A DNA stretch of 64,000 nucleotides from Candidatus Brockarchaeota archaeon (GCA_017601395.1 JAFNIQ010000003.1:661-64660); one strand, 5' to 3'; positions 1-9,548 are shown, counted from the first letter of the stretch. The notes: generated by a model not told the origin, from the sequence alone. Numbers and translations are program-made.

Positions 1-84
1 TTCCTGTTTCTGATGCTTGACGCTGTGCTCTCCGGCATCCTTGCCTTCGTAAAGGCTGGAAACCAGGAGAAAAAGTCTAAATAG
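1..84 (+). CDS. C-terminal end of a gene that starts upstream of the window (hydrophobic tail ...FLFLMLDAVLSGILAFVKAGNQEKKSK*)
   Basis: Frame 1 is open from the window edge to TAG at 82-84 and reads as a hydrophobic, TM-like tail. No start is visible. Confidence 0.25.
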   Translation, partial: FLFLMLDAVLSGILAFVKAGNQEKKSK

Positions 85-109
85 TGGTTAAAAGCGGTGT
101 TAGAGAGGA

Positions 110-880
110 TTGAGGCTGGTTCTAGTGGTGGTAGTGTTGACGCTTCTCGCGCTCTCGCCAGTACTGCTGGTGGACTCAATATTAGCCATGCTTCCTTCAA
201 GCAGCATCCAGTACGATGGTGGAAGCATAAGCCTATTCGGCCTTAATAATGGTCCCTGGGTTTATGCTCTGGGAATGTCTGTCTCCGGCTTCGGCGTTGA
301 GGCTGTCGCAACCCAAGGCAGGAGTCTTGTGAGCGTTTTCACCAGGTTTTTCAACTCCGGTGTTTGGCTAATAGTCTGTCTAGCAACCATCCTTATTATA
401 AGCATTGTCGCGAGCATCCTGTCCGGCTCAGTGTCCGATGCTGTTAAGGCGTCTGTTTTCTCCATAACCGCGGTGTCTGTCCTAGGCATATACTTTCTAC
501 ATAGGGATTTAAAGCCACTCCTATACGGTCTATCGTTAAGAACCGTCGTGGTGGACGATGCTGTCGCTACGCTTTCACTGGTGATTATCGCTGGGACGGT
601 GGTCAACATTATTGCTGTAGCCGTGTTGTCAGGTGTTTTAACCCATCTTGTTCTAACTCTTAAGCCTCCTCCTGCTCCGGCTAAACCTACTCGGCCGCAG
701 GCTTTAGAGAAGCCTGTTGAAACCGGGACTGGGGGGGCTAGAAGGGGGAAGGTTCCCCCCTTGGGCACACCACCCCTCTGTCCAAACTGTGGTTCAAAAC
801 TTGTTTGGAAACCCGAGGAATCCAGGTACTACTGTGAGAAGTGTCAGGTTTATCCTGAGGATGTTTACTTCAGTATTTGA
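110..880 (+). CDS. Polytopic membrane protein with C-terminal Cys4 zinc ribbon (CPNC...CEKC)
   Basis: Several hydrophobic segments, a Pro-rich linker, and a C-terminal CPNCGSKLVWKPEESRYYCEKC motif. The 5' end is TTG at 110; ATG at 188 is an alternative start. Confidence 0.5.
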   Translation: MRLVLVVVVLTLLALSPVLLVDSILAMLPSSSIQYDGGSISLFGLNNGPWVYALGMSVSGFGVEAVATQGRSLVSVFTRFFNSGVWLIVCLATILIISIVASILSGSVSDAVKASVFSITAVSVLGIYFLHRDLKPLLYGLSLRTVVVDDAVATLSLVIIAGTVVNIIAVAVLSGVLTHLVLTLKPPPAPAKPTRPQALEKPVETGTGGARRGKVPPLGTPPLCPNCGSKLVWKPEESRYYCEKCQVYPEDVYFSI

Positions 881-1613
881 CGAAGTTGTTAAACAACCAG
901 TATATTGCAAGTGCGCTTAAAACTATGAGAAGCGCTACGCCCAGCTTCCTGCTTCTGCTCAATTCTTCCCGCTTAGACAAATAGTAGGAGTCGACGATGA
1001 CGTAAGCGTTCAAGTAGGCAAGTATTACTACTGCTGCTGCAAAGGGGAGTATCGTAGCTAACGGGGGCAGCTCGATGAGAAACCCGCCGGTGCTTTTCAA
1101 GCTAACCATGTTCAGAATGAAAGTTATTTTCGAAGTGCCCCGGGGAATCGTTAATTGCGGCTGAAGGATCACTAGAATCCCGTTGGAAAAAGTATAGTAT
1201 TCTGAAGAAACCCGCCTATAATACGTGTAGTTGTTCGTTAAAATGGCGTAGAGCATTTTCACAGTCGTGTTCGAATCGAATGTCACCGTAAGGTTCGTCA
1301 TTGTAGACTCCGGTATGAGCTGCACGATTGAAACGCGCCCTGTTAAAACAGGTATGGCGAGGCTGCTATTCGTCAATACGAGTAGGGAAAAGTCTTTCTT
1401 TTCAGACCCTTTAACGTATACTTGAATGTTCTCCACCGGGGGACTCAACGTCACTACGAAGAGGTCTCCCTCCAGAATGTTAACCTTAGGGAAATCGTAT
1501 TCCACCGTCTCGCTGTTTCCTGGTGCTGAGGCTAGTGCACATGCCAGCAGTAGGCAGGTTAGCAGTGTCAGCTCGCTTTTCCCCAATCCTCTGAAGACTT
1601 GGAAACGCTGCAT
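870..1613 (-). CDS. Secreted or membrane-anchored hypothetical protein (N-terminal signal peptide, many N-x-S/T sequons, C-terminal TM helix)
   Basis: ATG start. N-terminal signal-like LTLLTCLLLACALASA, C-terminal hydrophobic helix followed by a basic tail, multiple NxS/T sites. Confidence 0.5.
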   Translation of the reverse strand: MQRFQVFRGLGKSELTLLTCLLLACALASAPGNSETVEYDFPKVNILEGDLFVVTLSPPVENIQVYVKGSEKKDFSLLVLTNSSLAIPVLTGRVSIVQLIPESTMTNLTVTFDSNTTVKMLYAILTNNYTYYRRVSSEYYTFSNGILVILQPQLTIPRGTSKITFILNMVSLKSTGGFLIELPPLATILPFAAAVVILAYLNAYVIVDSYYLSKREELSRSRKLGVALLIVLSALAIYWLFNNFVKY

Positions 1614-1690
1614 TTATTCTTTCCGTGTTTCCGAAGTTTAATAAGTGTGTATAAAGCTTTATACCTAAGTGTCGTAACATCTTCAGGGAG

Positions 1691-4453
1691 ATGTTTTCAA
1701 GCGAGTTCGAAGAGGACAGGGAGTTCGAGGAGGAATGGTGGTATAAGAAACCGTTTCTAAGACTATTGTTCTCCCCATTACTCAACCTTTTCTCTTGGAA
1801 ATACCGCATGTGGAAGTTTCTCCGCCTCCCCCCGGAGAAGAGGAAGAAAATAGTGGAGAAAAAGGCAAGGAAGATCCGGAAAAACCCGATGTTTCCAAGG
1901 GTTACTCGGGAGGATCTTGTGGGCAGGGATGAAGAGCTTTTCAAGGTTCTGGTAAGCATCCACTACCATGTTTTGAGAGATCCTGAGATAAGGAGGACTT
2001 TTAAAGCAGCACCCCCGCCCAAGCTGTTCGTCGTAAAGGGTTCAAGCGGCTCGGGTAAAACCTTCTTCGCCGAGGTTGTGCAGAGAGAGGGTTTTGAGAA
2101 AGGCTTAGAGTACGGTCTGCTCGTGAACCTAGCCAGGCTTAAGCCTGAACAGGTTTACTCCATGTGGTACGGTCAGAGTGCACAGAGGCTCAGCGAGTTC
2201 TTCAACAACGTGTTCTATAATCCAAGCATAGTTTTAATAGACGAGTTTCAGGCTTTTGCTAAAAAGTTCAGCTCAACAACTGAAGTTGGGATGGAGGAGA
2301 CGCGGGTTCAAACAGTTCTCCTCGAGAAGTTCGACGAGCTTCAAAGGAAGGATTACCGTACTGTTGTAATGGTTTCAACAACCGAGTATGAGTCGCTGAT
2401 AGACACTCTCCGCAGAAGGGGGGTTGCTGGGACAATAGATCTGGACGAAAACATTTCTAGACAGATGCTGCTTAAAATAGTTGAGAAACAGTGTAAGGTT
2501 CACGGTGTTAGGCTTCCTCCCCAAGACATTCTCACGGTGATAGAGGACAGTGTAAGGTCTTTTGAAACACAGGCCATAACCCCCGCCGACATAGTTAACG
2601 CTTTCCAGATGGTTGTCAGCAACAAGGCTGCCCCGCTTCAGAAGAAGCTTATCAGCAGGCTTCTCCACGGGGGTGAGGCGGAGACCCAGGTTAACCCTGG
2701 CGAGCTTGTCACGCTGAACGATTTCAGGGAGGCCGCTTCAAAAGTTAAGGCTTATTCTGTAAGCACTAGGACGGAGGCCGCTAAAAAGTCTGTGGTTAAG
2801 CTTAGGCCTAAGGAGCGTTACGGGGATGTCGGTGGGCTTAAGGGCGTGAGGGAGGAGATTATTAAGGAGATTTCTTTATCGTTGAACCCTGATTTGGCGA
2901 GCAAGGCCAGGTATATTCCGCCTAAAGGCTTTCTTTTCCACGGCCCACCGGGAACCGGGAAGACTCTTCTGGCAAGGGCCATAGCCGGTGAGAACAATGT
3001 CTGGTTCTACCTCGTCAACGGGCCCTCAATAATCCAGGGGATGTACGGGGATCCTGAGAAAACGATAAGGGATATTTTCGAAGACGCTAGGAGAAATTCT
3101 CCAGCCATAGTCTTCTTCGACGAGATAGATTCCGTTGCCCCGGGACGTGGAACTCATGACCCAGTCCTAGACAGGGTTACAAGCCAGCTTTTAACTGAGC
3201 TGGACGGCTTCATACCTCTCTCAGGCGTGGTGGTTATAGCCAGCACGAATAGGCTTGACGTTCTCGACAGGGCTCTGCTGGAAAGGTTTACGCGCGTATT
3301 CGAATTCAACTATCCTAGGAACGACGAGGAGAGGAGGGAGATCATAAGCATCCATTTGAAAAAGTATCTGGATGTCCTTAGTCCTGAAGCCACTGTGGAC
3401 AACGTGCTGGAAATACTTAGAAAGAAGGCTTTAAGCCCCCGTAGGATTGCCGACGTGATTAACGAGGCTAACAGGCTCAGGGTTAAGGAGCTGGATGCTG
3501 CGAGGCAGCTTGTTAAAACAATTGACGAGGGCCGCCCGGTTGAAGAAATAAGAAAGATCTACGCTAAGGATCTGGAGAGGCTTTCCAGAATACTTGGAGT
3601 AGACCAGTCTTCAGAGGGCTTCCTAGACAGCCTCAGGCTTGTCTCTGCTTCAAACTATCCGCTTCGGCCTATTCACTTCCAAGAGGCTTTGGAAACCCTT
3701 TCGGAGGAGGAGGCTGTTAGCGAGGCTCGCACGATGATCGATAGGAGTGTGAGGGTTGAAAGCCCAGAGGTCGGTAAAACCTATGGTCTAGTCGCCATAG
3801 GCGCTGCTGGCGAGCAGAGCGGGTTCGTGAGCGTCGTAGAGGTTATTACTAACCCGAGGGGAAAAGGTGTTGTTAAGGTTGTTGGAAGCGAGTATGGGGA
3901 GAGCATTCAGGCTAGTGCTGAAGACGCTTTCATATATGTCAACAGCATCTCCGGGTGGAGGTTTAAGAATCACGATGTTTTCGTGGAGCTAGTCACGCCG
4001 GCGAAGGGCATGGAGAAGCTTCAGCTCCGCCCAGGCCTCTCCTATCCTCCTGTTTCCGGCCCATCAGCAGGTCTGGCAATAGGCGTGGCGATGATTTCTG
4101 CATTCACAGGTATTGAGGCGGATCCGACGGTGATAATGACGGGCGCTATAACGGCTAAGGGTGAGGTCTGGCCGGTTGGAGGTCTTGATCACAGGGGCAT
4201 GGGTAAGATAGATGCCGCGTTGGCTGACAAGTATGCGAAGAAGCTGCTAGTCCCCGTTTTCAATTACGAGTCTATGAAGAGCCTTAAGATAGTTGAGCTC
4301 TTAGAATCTAAAGGGATTGTTGTGGAGCCTGTTTCAAGTCTTTTAGAGGCTGCTGTGAAATCGCTGGTAGGAGTTAGCTCTAGGGAAGAGTTGCTGCTGC
4401 GTTTGAACAGTGAGCCTCGGAATAGGCGGCTGTTGGAGAAGCTTAGCGCTTAA
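1691..4453 (+). CDS. ATP-dependent protease with two tandem P-loop ATPase modules fused to a C-terminal Lon (S16) protease domain
   Basis: Module 1: Walker A GSSGSGKT and Walker B IVLIDEF. Module 2 is classical AAA: GPPGTGKT, Walker B AIVFFDEID, and a sensor-1/second-region-of-homology stretch ASTNRLDVLDRALL. C-terminus: Lon catalytic motifs PVSGPSAGLAIGVAM (Ser) and TGAITAKGEVWPVGG (Lys). No TM insertion. ATG start. Confidence 0.8.
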   Translation: MFSSEFEEDREFEEEWWYKKPFLRLLFSPLLNLFSWKYRMWKFLRLPPEKRKKIVEKKARKIRKNPMFPRVTREDLVGRDEELFKVLVSIHYHVLRDPEIRRTFKAAPPPKLFVVKGSSGSGKTFFAEVVQREGFEKGLEYGLLVNLARLKPEQVYSMWYGQSAQRLSEFFNNVFYNPSIVLIDEFQAFAKKFSSTTEVGMEETRVQTVLLEKFDELQRKDYRTVVMVSTTEYESLIDTLRRRGVAGTIDLDENISRQMLLKIVEKQCKVHGVRLPPQDILTVIEDSVRSFETQAITPADIVNAFQMVVSNKAAPLQKKLISRLLHGGEAETQVNPGELVTLNDFREAASKVKAYSVSTRTEAAKKSVVKLRPKERYGDVGGLKGVREEIIKEISLSLNPDLASKARYIPPKGFLFHGPPGTGKTLLARAIAGENNVWFYLVNGPSIIQGMYGDPEKTIRDIFEDARRNSPAIVFFDEIDSVAPGRGTHDPVLDRVTSQLLTELDGFIPLSGVVVIASTNRLDVLDRALLERFTRVFEFNYPRNDEERREIISIHLKKYLDVLSPEATVDNVLEILRKKALSPRRIADVINEANRLRVKELDAARQLVKTIDEGRPVEEIRKIYAKDLERLSRILGVDQSSEGFLDSLRLVSASNYPLRPIHFQEALETLSEEEAVSEARTMIDRSVRVESPEVGKTYGLVAIGAAGEQSGFVSVVEVITNPRGKGVVKVVGSEYGESIQASAEDAFIYVNSISGWRFKNHDVFVELVTPAKGMEKLQLRPGLSYPPVSGPSAGLAIGVAMISAFTGIEADPTVIMTGAITAKGEVWPVGGLDHRGMGKIDAALADKYAKKLLVPVFNYESMKSLKIVELLESKGIVVEPVSSLLEAAVKSLVGVSSREELLLRLNSEPRNRRLLEKLSA

Positions 4454-5433
4454 AACGCCTTTATTGAAACAAGCTCCACAACATCCTTAATGTTTTCAAG
4501 TATTTTCACAAGACTGTTGAAGACTTTAACCAGGCTGGTGGCGTATGGTCTGTAATCCTGTTTCTCCTCTAGGCTCAGAAGCTTCTCCTCAACCTCAGCA
4601 TGCTTCGCCATTATATCGTTCATTACGCTTGCGTTAAAAACGCTGAAAAGCCCTACCGCTTTAGTATGCATATCGCTCAGTGTTTCACCTATGCTGCTTA
4701 ACCCGGCTAGGCTTATCCTTTTAACCCTGCCGTGCATCTTCGCAACCTCCCTGGATATTTGGACACACTGGTCCGCGGAGTCCTCAACATATTTCACCAG
4801 CATTCTGAGGTCCATCAGGTTTAGGAAATCCATTCCCATCTTAGCCGGAAGCTCTGGGTTTCTTAAAGCAGACCTGATAACCCTTACGAGTATGAAGTAC
4901 TGTCTGTCAACCTCCTCATCCCTCTCGATAACTCTCTCCGCAAGCTCCCTATCCATCTTCACCAATGCTTTAACACAGTCAGACATCATGCTTGCGGCAA
5001 GAGCACTCTGCCTTCTTACAAGTTTCTCCGGAGTAATCATCTCCGGGTCGAGCAGAACTCTAACCTCGATCTGGCTTGAAGTCTCCTCGGATATCTCTGC
5101 CCCGGGCAGTCTCCTAACCGTCTTACGCACCTCCGATATTTCAGCCGTTGAAAACTCCTTTTCGCTTCTAATGATTATCGTGTTGTAGCCGAGCAAATAG
5201 CTTCCGAGCAGGACGTGCTGCGGCTTCAACTCCTTACTGGAAAGGTCTATTTTTGCAACCTCCTCCACGAGCCTCCCTCCTCCCTCTGGTATTATCGTTA
5301 GAGTTCCGTCCTTGTTGCTAACCATGGTTAGAGTCGCACCTTTGTCTATCTTGCTCTGCTTAACCCAGCTTTTTGGAAGCGTTATTAGGAGTGAGCTTGA
5401 GCCCGCTTTCAAGACTTTTCTTTTCCAGACCAA
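4450..5433 (-). CDS. Regulator with N-terminal AbrB/SpoVT-like swapped-hairpin domain and PhoU-like helical repeats (archaeal phosphate-uptake-regulator type)
   Basis: The N-terminus (LVWKRKVLKAGSSSLLITLPKSWVKQ...GATLTMVSNKDGTLTI) resembles AbrB. The C-terminal two-thirds is helical with acidic D/E motifs typical of PhoU. TTG start. Confidence 0.55.
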   Translation of the reverse strand: MVWKRKVLKAGSSSLLITLPKSWVKQSKIDKGATLTMVSNKDGTLTIIPEGGGRLVEEVAKIDLSSKELKPQHVLLGSYLLGYNTIIIRSEKEFSTAEISEVRKTVRRLPGAEISEETSSQIEVRVLLDPEMITPEKLVRRQSALAASMMSDCVKALVKMDRELAERVIERDEEVDRQYFILVRVIRSALRNPELPAKMGMDFLNLMDLRMLVKYVEDSADQCVQISREVAKMHGRVKRISLAGLSSIGETLSDMHTKAVGLFSVFNASVMNDIMAKHAEVEEKLLSLEEKQDYRPYATSLVKVFNSLVKILENIKDVVELVSIKAF

Positions 5434-5439
5434 CGTTAA

Positions 5440-5520
5440 GTATGTACTGGAAAGAGAAAATATATACTTTTTGAATTTTTATTTACACTATATAAAATCA
5501 ATACGGTACATTTATACCTG
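5440..5520. promoter_or_regulatory. AT-rich divergent intergenic promoter region with several TATA-like boxes
   Basis: Sequence aaaatatatactttttgaatttttatttacactatataaaatcaatacggtacatttatacc lies between the divergent starts at 5433 (-) and 5535 (+). A TATA-like element sits 20-45 nt upstream of each start. Confidence 0.3.
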
Positions 5521-5534
5521 GGCTTGGAAAACCG

Positions 5535-6326
5535 ATGGGCAGAATGGTCTCGCAGAACAGTGTTCAGACGTCGGCGGCGAGAAGGGTTGTGGCAACAGGT
5601 CTCTGCGCCGCGCTCTACACCGTAGTTGGGGTCGCCACCTTTCTAGGGGTTTTCACGCCTGTCGTAGGCGTGGTGAGGTTCTGGCCGTCAGTATTCGTGC
5701 CAGCGATCTTCTCAATGCTTTTCGACCCTTTAACAGGGGGAATGGGTGCGGCAATAGGGATCTTCCTGAGCGACCTGTACGTCTTCTACGCTACTGGGCA
5801 GACTAATCCTCTTCTAAGCCTTATCGCTGGAGTACCCTCCAACTTCCTAGGATTCTACATTCTAGGCAGGATAGGCAGGTCCAGGGTGAGTTGGAATGGC
5901 TTAAAGACCATCATTCCTTTAACCATGCTCGCAGTCGCAGCGTTCGGTCCTCTACTATACTTTGAATACATGGTTTTAAGAGGAATGGTTGAAAACGGTA
6001 TGGGATGGGTTTCCACTGTTCTGCTGGTTCTCGGGGTTGGCGTGTTCACGCTGGGTGTTACTGCAAGCAGGATTAGGAAGGACTATTTGAACTACTATGT
6101 TGGCGGGACACTCGGCCTACTCACTGGTGCTGCCTGGATAGGCTTAGGCATATGGTTTTACAGCCAGCTGTTCGGCCTGCCTTTAACGGGGGTTAAGGCG
6201 GACCTCGCCTTGGCTTTTTACTTCTTCCTATGGGTTTTCGGAACAGAAATCCCGTTCATACTGGTGGTGCCTCCAGTGCTAGACTTGATATACAGGGCTT
6301 ATCCTTTTCTAAAGCCCGTTGGATGA
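5535..6326 (+). CDS. Integral membrane protein resembling an ECF-type transporter substrate-specific (S) component
   Basis: About 6 TM helices with Gly-rich motifs (DPLTGGMGAAIGIFLSDL). It resembles the 54536 paralog and S-component families. ATG start. Confidence 0.45.
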   Translation: MGRMVSQNSVQTSAARRVVATGLCAALYTVVGVATFLGVFTPVVGVVRFWPSVFVPAIFSMLFDPLTGGMGAAIGIFLSDLYVFYATGQTNPLLSLIAGVPSNFLGFYILGRIGRSRVSWNGLKTIIPLTMLAVAAFGPLLYFEYMVLRGMVENGMGWVSTVLLVLGVGVFTLGVTASRIRKDYLNYYVGGTLGLLTGAAWIGLGIWFYSQLFGLPLTGVKADLALAFYFFLWVFGTEIPFILVVPPVLDLIYRAYPFLKPVG

Positions 6327-6372
6327 GACACAAGGCTGCGTAAAAGGTTAAAACTGTCTCCACACTGCTAGT

Positions 6373-7236
6373 ATGAGGTTGAAGATCGCTGTCGGAATAG
6401 ACATCGGAGGCTCGACGACGAAAGCCGTCGCCTTAAAGGGGAAGGAGATACTTGGCGTGGGCGAGATGCCGTCTTCAGACCCCCTTGCCACCTCCATAGG
6501 GCTTCTTGGGAAGCTTATAGTTATGATGGGTTGTTCTCTTAAGGATGTTGAAGTATTAGCGATAGCTGGCGGCAGGAGCAGTCAGCTTCCAGACAGCATC
6601 CTCGGCCTTAGGGTAGTGAAGGTTAACGAGATCGTCGCCGCGGGAACAGGTGGGATAGTGTTAACCGGGTTGGATGAGGCCCTGGTCGTAAGCATGGGCA
6701 CTGGCACAGCACTCATAGAGGTGAGGGAAAACGGGAAGAGAATAAGACATATTGGCGGAACAGGCGTGGGCGGGGGTACTCTGCTAGGGCTCGCGAGGAA
6801 GATGCTCGGGATCTCGAGCATAGGGATTCTGGTGGAGATGGCTGAGAAAGGGGATCCTCGAAGAGTCGACCTGACGGTTGGCGAGATAGTTGGGGATGGG
6901 ATAGGCATACTCTCAGCTGAGATGACTGCGTCAAACCTCGGAAGGGTTGGAGACACTTCCAGCCCTGAGGACCTGGCTGCTGGAATAGCCAATCTAGTTG
7001 GGGAAGTGGTGGCTTCAGTAACGTTTCTCGCCGCCTCAAAGCTTCAGCTCGAGGACAAGGTTATTCTGGTGGGGAGGGTTGCGAAGCTGCCGCCCGTGTT
7101 GAAGAGTATTCAGAGGGCTCTTTCAAGCTTCGGCGTCAAACTCATGGTGCCTAAGCTGCCTGAGTATGCTGTAGCCGTGGGAGCAGGATACAGGGTTTCA
7201 GCGGAGGATGACCCTAATGCCTGCCTTATCCGGTAG
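6373..7236 (+). CDS. ASKHA-fold (actin/Hsp70/sugar-kinase) ATPase, possibly a type II pantothenate-kinase-like kinase
   Basis: N-terminal phosphate-1 motif KIAVGIDIGGSTTKAV and a later Gly-rich IGGTGVGGGTLLGLA motif. The N-terminus resembles CoaW/Fumble-type PanK (MKVGIDAGGT...). Confidence 0.45.
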   Translation: MRLKIAVGIDIGGSTTKAVALKGKEILGVGEMPSSDPLATSIGLLGKLIVMMGCSLKDVEVLAIAGGRSSQLPDSILGLRVVKVNEIVAAGTGGIVLTGLDEALVVSMGTGTALIEVRENGKRIRHIGGTGVGGGTLLGLARKMLGISSIGILVEMAEKGDPRRVDLTVGEIVGDGIGILSAEMTASNLGRVGDTSSPEDLAAGIANLVGEVVASVTFLAASKLQLEDKVILVGRVAKLPPVLKSIQRALSSFGVKLMVPKLPEYAVAVGAGYRVSAEDDPNACLIR

Positions 7237-7726
7237 AAGAATGGTTGAAATGGGTGTTGTAGAGGGTTTGAGAAGCGTTGAGGAGCAGGTTCAGCCTGCC
7301 GGCGTTGACCTCACGCTGGAGAAAATAGAGGTTCTCGTCGAGGAGGGGGAGATAAGCGCTGAACCAAGATTCTCCAAGGGTCTAAACATAATTCCTAAAA
7401 CGGGTTTCTACGAGCTGCCGCAGGGAAGCTACAGGGTTACCTATCACGAGATCGTTAATATTCCTGCTGGATATCTGGGGCTGCTTCTCCCAAGGTCGAG
7501 CCTGCTTAGGAATGGTGCAACCATATACACTGCTGTCTGGGACCCGGGGTACAAGGGTAGGGGGATGGGTCTGATGGTGGTGTTCAACAGGCGGGGCATA
7601 AGGATCGCGGAGGAGGCGAGGGTTGCTCAACTGATACTGTTGAGCCTGGAGGGTTCTTCTGAACTCTACAAAGGGAGGTTCATGTTTGAAAACATGGAGT
7701 TGTCTGAGCGGCTAGGAGTATACTAG
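7208..7726 (+). CDS. dcd: dCTP deaminase/dUTPase family protein
   Basis: QPAGVDLTL motif and a beta-rich trimeric dUTPase-like sequence. It overlaps the upstream gene's end by 29 nt. Confidence 0.65.
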   Translation: MTLMPALSGRRMVEMGVVEGLRSVEEQVQPAGVDLTLEKIEVLVEEGEISAEPRFSKGLNIIPKTGFYELPQGSYRVTYHEIVNIPAGYLGLLLPRSSLLRNGATIYTAVWDPGYKGRGMGLMVVFNRRGIRIAEEARVAQLILLSLEGSSELYKGRFMFENMELSERLGVY

Positions 7727-7780
7727 AATCAGGGGGAGAATAAGTTTTTATACCGGTGTTTTTTAAACGTCGAGGATCCC

Positions 7781-8821
7781 TTGGCTAAGAAGGTTGTCGT
7801 GATCAGGGGCGACGGTACTGGTCCGGAGCTTACCGAGGCAGCTATGAAGGTGATGAACGCGATCGGTGCAACGGAGCGCTTAGAATTCCTCGTCAGGGAC
7901 GCAGGGTCGGAATGGTGGCAGCAGCACGGTGGACCAACCTATTTCCCGGAGGAAACATGGGAGGCATTAAGGGAGAGCGACGCCTGCTACAAGGCACCGG
8001 TGACAACACTGCCGGATCCGCATACTCCTAGGAGCGTTGCAGTCACCATAAGGCAGACTTTCAACCTTTACGCTAACGTTAGGCCGGTTAAAACCTTCAG
8101 GGGGCGAGAAGGACCCCTCGGACCGGTGGACATGCTTTTCGTTAGAGAGGGCACTGAAGGGCTTTACGCAGGTATAGAGTTCATGGTTTCAGAAGACGTA
8201 GGGATAGCTTTGAGGAAAATATCTAGAACAGCCTCGGAGAAGGTTGCGAGGTTCGCCTTTGAACAGGCTAGGCTGAAGGGCTGGAGGAAAGTAATAGTCA
8301 TCAACAAGGCTAATATTCTAAAGCTGACGGATGGAGGAATATTTGTTCCAACAGTCATGAAGGTTAGCGGAGGATACCCGGGCATAGATGTTGAAAGCTA
8401 TTTCGTCGACAATTTCGCCCAGCAGCTTGTTAAGAATCCTCAGAGGTTCAACCAGAACGTTATCGTTGGAACAAACCTTTTCATGGATATTCTCACCGAG
8501 GAGGCTTCAGCCCTAATAGGAAACATTGGGCTAGTGTATTCGGCGAACTTCGGGGACAACTATGCGATGTTTGAGCCAGCCCATGGTAGTGCCCCTAAAT
8601 ACAAGGGGTTGAACAAGGTTAACCCGACGGCGATGATTCTTGCCGGAGCATGGATGCTCGACTACCTTGGCGAGAAAGACCTTTCTAAAGCGGTTTTCTC
8701 AGCAACCGAGGATGTTATAGCTGAAAACAAGGTTGTTACCTACGATCTTGGCGGATCAGCTTCAACACAGCAGATGGCTGAGGAAATAGCCAGGAAGGCT
8801 GTGGAGAAGCTTAGGAAATAG
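7781..8821 (+). CDS. leuB: 3-isopropylmalate / homoisocitrate dehydrogenase (isocitrate-isopropylmalate DH family)
   Basis: N-terminal [12 protein letters not shown] and a [13 protein letters not shown] motif typical of the ICDH/IMDH family. TTG start. Sits near the LeuC/LeuD/LeuA-like genes. Confidence 0.8.
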   Translation: MAKKVVVIRGDGTGPELTEAAMKVMNAIGATERLEFLVRDAGSEWWQQHGGPTYFPEETWEALRESDACYKAPVTTLPDPHTPRSVAVTIRQTFNLYANVRPVKTFRGREGPLGPVDMLFVREGTEGLYAGIEFMVSEDVGIALRKISRTASEKVARFAFEQARLKGWRKVIVINKANILKLTDGGIFVPTVMKVSGGYPGIDVESYFVDNFAQQLVKNPQRFNQNVIVGTNLFMDILTEEASALIGNIGLVYSANFGDNYAMFEPAHGSAPKYKGLNKVNPTAMILAGAWMLDYLGEKDLSKAVFSATEDVIAENKVVTYDLGGSASTQQMAEEIARKAVEKLRK

Positions 8822-8944
8822 CGAAATCTTAATTCTCGTAACACTTTCCTAATAACGTCATCGCTTATCCTAAAGCCTACTTGCCTAAGCTTCTCTAAGC
8901 TATCCAGAACTTCTTTTCACAATAAGCTTCGCATCATACATCAA

Positions 8945-9115
8945 CTAAGAATCCCAAGGATTCCATAATCCCATGGATATTGCTCTTCTACGGGCAAGCA
9001 TATCGTCCAGCACTATGTAATCTGCATTCTCCTCTACTACTGGAGCTATACTCTCCGCCTCGCCGATCACAAGAGGACCTAATAAAGCGTTGAAGCCAGC
9101 GGTTATTGGACATCT
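8945..9115 (-). pseudogene. Remnant C-terminal fragment of a second DUF3368-type PIN-like toxin gene
   Basis: Minus-strand frame reads ...LVIGEAESIAPVVEENADYIVLDDMLARRRAISMGLWNPWDS*. This aligns with the intact toxin C-terminus (IRFGEAEVISLAKELDGIAVIDDPVARSVAELHGV). No N-terminal half or start codon exists, and the region is AT-rich. Confidence 0.45.
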
Positions 9116-9202
9116 TTAACGCGCGCAGAATGTAAGCCTTGAATAAGCCAGATGCTCCTTGAAATGGCTTGTGATTAGGCTATCATAGCTTTAAACAAAA
9201 GG

Positions 9203-9214
9203 TTTAAGTATAAG
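9203..9214 (+). promoter_or_regulatory. TATA box (tttaagtataag) for a leaderless toxin-antitoxin transcript
   Basis: An archaeal TATA-like element lies about 22-30 nt upstream of the ATG at 9234. Confidence 0.35.
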
Positions 9215-9233
9215 ATTTAATAAAAAGTATACC

Positions 9234-9548
9234 ATGACCGAAGTGCTTTCAGTAAAGATAGACAAGGATATGGTTAAAATTATCGAGGAGGTTGCACGTG
9301 AAGAGGGTACTGAGAAATCGCCTGCAGCTAGGAAACTTTTAGCTCTTGGGGCAAAGCAGTGGCGGATGGAGAAGGCGATAGGGTTAGTTGTGGCTGGAAA
9401 AGCCTCCGTCTGGAAGGCGTCTGAAATCGCAGGCGTATCATTAAGGGAATTTCTGGAAGTGTTGAATGGAAGGAAGATACCATGGGTAAAGGTTTCGCCG
9501 GAGGATCTGGAGGAGGAAATCCGTCGAGTGAAACGGGAAGCGACCTGA
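9234..9548 (+). CDS. UPF0175-family antitoxin
   Basis: LVVAGKASVWKASEIAGVSLREFLEVLNGRKIPW matches the UPF0175 signature (..G.LS.GKAAE.AG.S..EF...L...GIP). 104 aa. Overlaps the downstream toxin gene. Confidence 0.7.
   Translation: MTEVLSVKIDKDMVKIIEEVAREEGTEKSPAARKLLALGAKQWRMEKAIGLVVAGKASVWKASEIAGVSLREFLEVLNGRKIPWVKVSPEDLEEEIRRVKREAT

Noticed and set aside
262-768. 168-aa ORF antisense to the membrane protein gene 110-880
   Set aside because: It lies entirely inside a better-supported, hydrophobic-pattern gene on the other strand and has a Pro/Arg/Thr-rich, low-complexity composition typical of antisense frames.
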